Part shown: in pieces, positions 14,273 through 20,000 of the stretch | Numbering within the stretch: position 1 is the first letter of the stretch | How the letters are laid out: the number at the start of each line of letters is the position of its first letter | Source of the DNA: an uncultured virus (IMG/VR IMGVR_UViG_3300030099_005341) | Lineage: Duplodnaviria; Heunggongvirae; Uroviricota; Caudoviricetes | Strand: one strand, 5' to 3' | IMG/VR virus record: IMGVR_UViG_3300030099_005341 | DNA: 20,000 nt | The notes under the pieces: generated by a model | Seen by the model: only the letters and a program-made list of their open reading frames with translations | Told to the model about the DNA's origin: nothing | The model's database searches: none | Translations under genes and position numbers: made by a program

Positions 14273-15033
14273 TGGGTTATAAAATGAAAGGACATACTCT
14301 TCCTGGACCACAATCTCGTGAAAACAAGGGTAAATCTCCGGCTAAAAGCTGGTTAGATAGGGTTCAAGATGGATTATCGGTAGCTGGAATGGTTCCTGTT
14401 ATAGGAAACTTTGCAGATGCTGCTAATGTTGCTGTTTCTGGTGGTAGAGCTGGCTATGCTAAATACAAAGGTGACGATAAAGCAGCTAAGAAACATGCTA
14501 AAAACGCAGCTATTAACGCCGCAGCTATGGTTCCTGGCGCTGGTCAAGCGGTTACAGCTACTAAATTAGCTGCAAAAGGTGGTAAAGCGCTAGCAAAAGG
14601 TGTTAAAGAAGGGGTTAAAGCACAAACAAAAAAAGAAGTTGGTAAAAAAATTGCAAAAAAGGGTACTGCATACGGAGCTAAAGCAGCTGGTGATCAAGTT
14701 ATAGATAAGAAAAGTATCGATAAAAGTATGATGGCTAAAAACAACCAAGATAAGAAGGGTATGAAGCCTAGTGCAACGCTACCAAAACCTGGTTCTGCAG
14801 TAGAAAAAGCAGCTGTCGAGAAAAAAGTTAAAATGGCTAAGAAAGATACGCCTAAAAAACCAAAACCAGCACCTAAAAAGCAAGCACCAAAACCAGCTCC
14901 AAAGAAAGTAGCTAAATCAAAACCTAAAGGTAAACCAGGTGGAGGTGTTTTAGCAAGTAAAAGTAAAGGTAAAAGTAAAAAAGGTGGATTTAAAAATCCA
15001 ACTGATGGAATATTTAACAAATTAAAAGCATAA
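14272..15033 (+). CDS. Lys-rich KMKG/SPAK protein 2 with pre-toxin TG-like segment
   Basis: MGYKMKGHTLPGP...SPAK, then WLDRVQDGLSVAGMVPVIGNFADAAN...AAINAAAMVPGAG, then a K/P/A-rich tail. Confidence 0.85.
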   Translation: MGYKMKGHTLPGPQSRENKGKSPAKSWLDRVQDGLSVAGMVPVIGNFADAANVAVSGGRAGYAKYKGDDKAAKKHAKNAAINAAAMVPGAGQAVTATKLAAKGGKALAKGVKEGVKAQTKKEVGKKIAKKGTAYGAKAAGDQVIDKKSIDKSMMAKNNQDKKGMKPSATLPKPGSAVEKAAVEKKVKMAKKDTPKKPKPAPKKQAPKPAPKKVAKSKPKGKPGGGVLASKSKGKSKKGGFKNPTDGIFNKLKA

Positions 15034-15036
15034 AAT

Positions 15037-15570
15037 ATGAGTTTTGTAAATGTAGCAGCGTCTCAAAAAATGAATCCGTTTGAGAAAATAAAACAAAGAC
15101 AAGCAGCTAAACTAGCACAAGCTGGTGGTGATCCTAATCAAGCAGCAGCCGATGCACAAGCTGAAGCCGCATCACCACAAGTTGTAGCAGCAGATGGTTC
15201 CACACCTCAAGGTGGAGGTGGTGGTGATTTAGAAGCAAGAGTTTCAGCTTTAGAAAAAGAAGCAGGAAAAGGAATAGTTGGAACTGCTTTTAGTAAAGCT
15301 AAAAACACAAAGAAAAAATTACTTGGAGGTCTTGGAAAGTTATTCTCAGACGAAAGGTTAAAAGAAAATATTGTTAGTTTAGGAGTTTCACCATCAGGAA
15401 TTCCAATTTATAAATTTAATTATATAGGTGATAGAACTATGTGGTCTGGTACAATGGCGCAAGATCTATTAGAGATGGGTATAAAAGAAGTTGTATCAAA
15501 AGATAAAGAATCAGGTTACTACATGGTAGACTACAGCTGTATCGATGTTGAACCTAAAATATTAAATTAA
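15037..15570 (+). CDS. Protein with C-terminal peptidase S74 (intramolecular chaperone autoprocessing) domain
   Basis: FSDERLKENI...GIPIYKFNY...GTMAQDL...V......GYYMVDYS. Confidence 0.85.
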   Translation: MSFVNVAASQKMNPFEKIKQRQAAKLAQAGGDPNQAAADAQAEAASPQVVAADGSTPQGGGGGDLEARVSALEKEAGKGIVGTAFSKAKNTKKKLLGGLGKLFSDERLKENIVSLGVSPSGIPIYKFNYIGDRTMWSGTMAQDLLEMGIKEVVSKDKESGYYMVDYSCIDVEPKILN

Positions 15571-15576
15571 TAAATT

Positions 15577-16176
15577 ATGGGATTTAAAATGAAAGGTAAT
15601 CCTTTTGCTAGAAACTTTGGCATAGGATCACCATTAAAAGAAACTGAAGATATAAAGTGGGGTCCTGAGAAAAAAGTTAAAACTACTGTAACTAAAGACA
15701 AAGGTACTACTACTACAAAAACTGATTATAAAACTGAAGGTACTAGTTATACACCACCTAAGAAAACCCCAGCAGGAGATGAGGCTTATAAAAAATTAAC
15801 TCCAGCTGAAAGAAAAAAGCAAGATGAAAAGTATATAAAAGCTAATACTAAAAAACATACTAAGGGTAGGTCAGAGGTTAAAAAGAAAACAGATGTTGTA
15901 AAGTTAAAACCAAAGCCAGTAAAGCCGATACCTGTAAAAACTGAAGATGGACCAAAAAAGGCTAAACTTACAATAGATCAAAAAAGATCTATGAAGTTAA
16001 AAGATAAAAAGAAAAGAAGAAGAAGAAAACCAGATAAACCTGGTACCGTGTTGTCTAGAGCAGTTCATAAAGCTAAAAAGAAAGCATACTCAAGAAGAAA
16101 AATTAATAGAGGTGGTACTAAATGTACTATAGGAATTGGTAGCAGAGGTAGAAAGCCAAGAGGTTGTAAACTATAA
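15577..16176 (+). CDS. Lys-rich KMKG/SPxK protein 3
   Basis: MGFKMKGNPFARNFGIGSPLK, followed by T/K-rich and R/K-rich segments. Confidence 0.85.
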   Translation: MGFKMKGNPFARNFGIGSPLKETEDIKWGPEKKVKTTVTKDKGTTTTKTDYKTEGTSYTPPKKTPAGDEAYKKLTPAERKKQDEKYIKANTKKHTKGRSEVKKKTDVVKLKPKPVKPIPVKTEDGPKKAKLTIDQKRSMKLKDKKKRRRRKPDKPGTVLSRAVHKAKKKAYSRRKINRGGTKCTIGIGSRGRKPRGCKL

Positions 16177-16187
16177 AATAATAAAAC

Positions 16188-16886
16188 ATGGGATATAAAA
16201 TGAAAGGTTCTACATTTTACGGTAAAAAATGTATGACAAGCTCACCTGCTAAAAGTGTAGATCAAATTATAGATAGTGCTACTAGTGCTATAGGAAGCGC
16301 TGGATCTGGAGAAGCTGCAAAAGCAGACAGAATGGCAAAAGCTTATAGTAAGGTTGCTGATAGAAGTAAATCATCAGGCAGACCACAGCTACAAGCTAGA
16401 ACTCCTATGAAAATGAGAAAGACAGCTCCAGCTGGTGCTAACATGAAAGGTAAAGATTTATCTTCACCTACTAAACTAATGGGGTTGGTAAAAAAGAAAG
16501 TAAATAAAGAATTAAAAACTCCTGCTGGTAAAATGGCTGCAAATATAGCTACAGGAGGATTAGCTTCAGCTTCACCAGCTAAAGGAAAACGTGGATTATG
16601 GGATAACATACATGCTAAACGTAAAAGAATAAAATCAGGTTCTGGTGAAGAAATGAGAAAGCCTGGTAGTAAAGGAGCTCCAACGTCAAAAGCATTAAAA
16701 GAATCTCAATCACCAGCAAAAGCAAAAGGTGATCAAGTTATAGATGGTGTGTTGTGTGATGCTTATGGTAACCCAAAACCAAGCCAAGAGCAAATGAAAA
16801 AAATGACAGCTTCACCAAACTTTAGTAATAAAGCAAGAGCTAAAAAAGGATTAGGCAGAGGTTTAGGCCCTGCTTTTAAGAGATAG
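16188..16886 (+). CDS. Lys-rich KMKG/SPAK protein 4
   Basis: MGYKMKGSTF...; three SPAK plus SPTK and TPMK; contains the GLWDNIHAKRKRIKSGSGEEMRKPGSKGAPT module. Confidence 0.85.
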   Translation: MGYKMKGSTFYGKKCMTSSPAKSVDQIIDSATSAIGSAGSGEAAKADRMAKAYSKVADRSKSSGRPQLQARTPMKMRKTAPAGANMKGKDLSSPTKLMGLVKKKVNKELKTPAGKMAANIATGGLASASPAKGKRGLWDNIHAKRKRIKSGSGEEMRKPGSKGAPTSKALKESQSPAKAKGDQVIDGVLCDAYGNPKPSQEQMKKMTASPNFSNKARAKKGLGRGLGPAFKR

Positions 16887-16899
16887 GGAAATACCCTAT
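16883..16899 (+). other. Short hairpin at the end of the KMKG cluster
   Basis: ATAGGG-AAATA-CCCTAT overlapping the stop codon; no U-tract, so not a clear terminator. Confidence 0.35.
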
Positions 16900-16931
16900 A
16901 CCAATAAGTATTAACCAAAAATAAAACCAAA

Positions 16932-17222
16932 ATGACTTATTTGTATTACAAGACTAGTACATATACTAGCAACCAAAAACCGAGTGAAAAAACTATTAAT
17001 GAGTGGAAACATTTATCTGAAAAGAAAAACTGGAGGATAACACAGCTTGCTAATGGTTTTTACCAAACAGAATGTTCAAATCCTGAAAATGAAGATTGGC
17101 ATCCTGTAACTAGAAGAGAAACAATTGATGGTGCTGAAACAGCAATTGACGGTAGCATTGAGCATTTCTCTAAAAAACTAGATACGATCAAAGGTCCTAA
17201 GGTAGTTAAAACCTTTGAGTAA
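16932..17222 (+). CDS. Hypothetical protein upstream of groEL
   Basis: 96-aa globular-looking ORF (WKHLSEKKNWRITQLANGFYQTE...W..VTRRET..GAE.AIDGS). Confidence 0.85.
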   Translation: MTYLYYKTSTYTSNQKPSEKTINEWKHLSEKKNWRITQLANGFYQTECSNPENEDWHPVTRRETIDGAETAIDGSIEHFSKKLDTIKGPKVVKTFE

Positions 17223-17252
17223 AAAAAATATAATCAAATTTAATTTAATATC

Positions 17253-18812
17253 ATGGAATACAATCAACCAAGTGAATTCATCAAAGACTTGTCTTTTGGT
17301 GAGGACGCTAAATTCAAAATTTTAAACGGTGTTGGAAAACTAGCAAAAGCAGTTAAATCAACACTGGGTGCTTCTGGTAAATGTGTTATTTACGAAGACG
17401 GAAGAGGAAAACCGGTGATAACAAAAGATGGTGTAACCGTTGCAGAGAGCGTAGTCTTATACGATCCGGTTGAAAATATGGGTGCAACACTTATTAAAGA
17501 AGCAGCTAAGAATACAGTAAGAGAAGCAGGTGACGGTACTACTACAGCTACAGTCCTTGCTGAATCTCTTATAAACGAGGTAAACAATAGCAAAGGAACA
17601 ACTAGAGAAATAAAAGATGGTATAAAATCTGGTTTAGCTAAAATAAATAAAAACCTAGAAGATAAAGCTATAAGCGTTAAAGGTGAGATGTTAAAAGATG
17701 TAAGCGCTATATCGTGTAATAACGATGCTGAATTAGGATTAATAATAGCAGATGCTTACAGTAAAGTGGGTAAAGACGGTGTTGTCTTGATGGAAGAATC
17801 AGGAACCGAAAAAACGTACGTTGAAATCACAGATGGAGTACAGATAGAATCGGGACTTACGTCTCCTCATTTTATTACAGATCAAAACAAACAAAAATGC
17901 GAGTTAGAAGAACCTTTAGTTTTAATAGTATCTTCACCAATACCTAGTATAAGAAAAATACAAACTATATTAGAGTATGTTATAAAACATAAAAGATCAT
18001 TACTTATAGTTGCTGAAGTTGAACAACAAGTTAAAGCAGCTTTAATGATGAATAAAGTAAAAGGTAATATCAAAGTAAACATAATAGACTTACCAGGCTT
18101 TGGTCCTACAAAGAGAGATGCTATTGAAGATTTGGCTTTTTTAACAGGTGCTAAAGTAATAAATGAAGAGCTTGGTGACGATCTAGACTTAATAACTATA
18201 GATTGTTTAGGTGAAGTTGATTTTACAGTTACAGATGATAAATCTACAGTTTTTACTCTTGGTGATTTAGAAGGAAACGTTGAAGATAGAATAAAAGATG
18301 TAAAGAAGAAAATTAAAAAAGAGAAAAACGAATTTTTAAAGAAAAAACTACAACAAAGATTAGCTATGCTATCAGGTAGTATAGGTATAATAAAAGTTGG
18401 CGCTGATTCTAAAGTTGAGTTAAAAGAAAAGAAAGATAGAATAGAAGACGCGATATATGCTACAAAAGCAGCATTAAAAGAAGGTATTGTATCTGGAGGT
18501 GGTATCGCATTATTAAATGCTTCGCAAGAAATACAACCTGAGAATATTGGCGAAGAAATTATATTAAATGCTATTAGAGCTCCTTTTGATACTATATTAG
18601 CTAATGCTGGTTTAGAACAAGTGGCACCAAGACCTGAAAAAGGCTTAGGTGTTAATGTTGTAACTGGAGAAGCTGTTAATATGATAGAATCTGGAATAAT
18701 AGATCCAGTGCTTGTTACAAAATCAGCGCTCAAAAATGCAGTGAGCGTAGTATCTACCATAATATCTGCAGATTGTATAATCAGTAATAGACGTACAGAT
18801 GAAAGCAATTAA
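17253..18812 (+). CDS. groEL: Phage-encoded chaperonin GroEL
   Basis: AVKSTLG, ITKDGVTVA, AGDGTTTATVLA, PGFG, KEKKDRIEDA..ATKAA..EGIV.GGG, GIIDP..VTKSAL.NA. Confidence 0.97.
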   Translation: MEYNQPSEFIKDLSFGEDAKFKILNGVGKLAKAVKSTLGASGKCVIYEDGRGKPVITKDGVTVAESVVLYDPVENMGATLIKEAAKNTVREAGDGTTTATVLAESLINEVNNSKGTTREIKDGIKSGLAKINKNLEDKAISVKGEMLKDVSAISCNNDAELGLIIADAYSKVGKDGVVLMEESGTEKTYVEITDGVQIESGLTSPHFITDQNKQKCELEEPLVLIVSSPIPSIRKIQTILEYVIKHKRSLLIVAEVEQQVKAALMMNKVKGNIKVNIIDLPGFGPTKRDAIEDLAFLTGAKVINEELGDDLDLITIDCLGEVDFTVTDDKSTVFTLGDLEGNVEDRIKDVKKKIKKEKNEFLKKKLQQRLAMLSGSIGIIKVGADSKVELKEKKDRIEDAIYATKAALKEGIVSGGGIALLNASQEIQPENIGEEIILNAIRAPFDTILANAGLEQVAPRPEKGLGVNVVTGEAVNMIESGIIDPVLVTKSALKNAVSVVSTIISADCIISNRRTDESN

Positions 18813-19056
18813 TCATTATTTGGTAGTAGAAAAAATAAAAGAAGAGCCTAGTACTGTTGCTGGTCTAATTATAACAGAAAATATAGATAGTGACAATAGG
18901 TACATAAAGGCTAATGTTGTTTCAACAGGTAATTTAGTTGAAGGAATTAAAGATAACGATAAGGTATATTATGATAAACACGCTGGTCATAGTATAAATT
19001 ATAAAGGAAAACATTATTATATCATCAAATCAGGTGATATAGTATTAGTAGATTAA
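18799..19056 (+). CDS. groES: Phage-encoded co-chaperonin GroES
   Basis: 85 aa; mobile loop STVAGLII, A.VVSTG, D.VYYDKHAG, IIKSGDIV; overlaps the groEL stop. Confidence 0.9.
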   Translation: MKAINHYLVVEKIKEEPSTVAGLIITENIDSDNRYIKANVVSTGNLVEGIKDNDKVYYDKHAGHSINYKGKHYYIIKSGDIVLVD

Positions 19057-19130
19057 GCCCAAACCAAAAACCTAAAGCCTTAAACTAAAAAACGAAAACA
19101 AATTATTAATTATTAAAAAAAAACAAAATT

Positions 19131-19493
19131 ATGAAACTGATTAAATTTGAAACCGTTACTGGTGACAATATCGTAGCTAACACTGGTTTTATCCTAAACG
19201 TAGATGTAGAAAATTTAGAAATTAACATTGGTGCTACAGGTACAACAACAACCCTGATAGTTCCAGCAGGAACTGTTACTTTTACTGTTGATGGTGCTAC
19301 TAATGCTGAAAAACTTTTAAACACTGAAAAGATAGCTGTTTATCTTGCTGATAAAATAGCACTTTTAAGTTCTGGAAAAGCAAAAGGTATAATTGAATTA
19401 TTTAGAGGAGGAACAATCGCTAATTTTGAAACAGATACTGGTATAGTACACACAGGTAGTACTAACCCATTAGTATCTATTGCATTGTCATAG
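19131..19493 (+). CDS. Hypothetical protein (possibly structural)
   Basis: 120-aa T/G/A/V-rich ORF with a strong A-rich leader. Confidence 0.8.
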   Translation: MKLIKFETVTGDNIVANTGFILNVDVENLEINIGATGTTTTLIVPAGTVTFTVDGATNAEKLLNTEKIAVYLADKIALLSSGKAKGIIELFRGGTIANFETDTGIVHTGSTNPLVSIALS

Positions 19494-19518
19494 TAAATAA
19501 CCCTTAAAAAATTAAATT

Positions 19519-20000
19519 ATGAGCACAAGTTTAAATAAATACTTATACTTCAATACCGCAAGACGTGAGGAGATGGGTAAACCAAAAGGAGAAGATAAAG
19601 CTACTAGAGAAGCTAATGCTAGAGCTTTTATTGCTTCTCAAAAAACTGGTGAAGCAAAAGAAGAGATGTTTTTTAAGATAGCAGCTGATCAAGCAGCGGT
19701 TGGAGCAGAAGAAACACAGGTTTTAGATGTGTTGTCAGATAATGCACATAAAAAACCTTTAGTTGGAGCAACTGTAGTATCAAGAGATATTTCTGGTACT
19801 GATATTAGCGGTGAAACTGGAGCTACAATAGATTCTGGAACAACTATATCTGCTGTGGCTGCTTATAACACAGACACAAAAGCTTTTAGAATAACGCTTA
19901 ACAAGCCATTAAAAACATCTTTTGATATCGATGTGTTTTCACAAGAAGAGGATTATCACGATGATTTAAATCCAAAGTCTGGTGTTTATATTAAAAACAC
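19519..20000 (+). CDS. Hypothetical protein, 3' end beyond the window (possibly structural)
   Basis: Hand-translated from ATG 19519: MSTSLNKYLYFNTARREEMG...; open to the window end. Confidence 0.75.
   Translation, partial: MSTSLNKYLYFNTARREEMGKPKGEDKATREANARAFIASQKTGEAKEEMFFKIAADQAAVGAEETQVLDVLSDNAHKKPLVGATVVSRDISGTDISGETGATIDSGTTISAVAAYNTDTKAFRITLNKPLKTSFDIDVFSQEEDYHDDLNPKSGVYIKN

Noticed and set aside
17882..18808. 308-aa minus-strand ORF (also 13625-13942, 14694-15020, 16343-16609, 17390-17593, 19106-19324)
   Set aside because: Antisense shadows of clear plus-strand genes, with F/L/S-rich composition mirroring Lys-rich codons.
19057..19130. AAACC/AAACT-like short repeats after groES
   Set aside because: Low-complexity A-rich leader typical of SD-less translation initiation; no regular period.
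19750..19767. KKPLVG shared between the last ORF and KMKG protein 1
   Set aside because: A six-residue match with no flanking similarity; likely chance.
1..20000. Stop-codon reassignment
   Set aside because: Conserved genes are intact under code 11, and TAA, TAG and TGA all end genes at tight junctions.

Overview
This is an AT-rich (roughly 30% GC by eye), gene-dense segment of a tailed dsDNA phage genome. The host is most likely a marine/aquatic Bacteroidota (Flavobacteria-like) bacterium, judging from the absence of Shine-Dalgarno sites, A-rich start contexts and a Bacteroidota-type lipoprotein. Two divergent arms meet at a GC-rich non-coding switch (~12960-13180), a candidate genome end or packaging site. 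The leftward (minus) arm has many small early genes, repeatedly preceded by a conserved 32-bp promoter-like motif (7 copies). These are followed by an ATP-dependent DNA ligase, a pyrimidine-dimer glycosylase-like protein, an HTH protein, a 5'-nucleotidase, a phage sigma factor, an ERF recombinase, a PD-(D/E)XK exonuclease, an SSB-like protein and a T7 gp4/Twinkle-type primase-helicase. The rightward (plus) arm has four Lys-rich proteins sharing an N-terminal (Y/F)KMKG tag and SPAK-delimited modules, a mini HNH-like protein, a peptidase S74 protein, GroEL and GroES. The most notable unexplained signals are a ~290-nt GC-rich, pseudoknotted non-coding RNA candidate (7861-8141), the KMKG/SPAK modular protein family, a minimal tRNA-like element with an adjacent hairpin (11709-11849), and paired TGACA...TGTCA operator-like sites, one covering the start of the HTH gene. 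All family assignments come from motif recognition; no searches were run.
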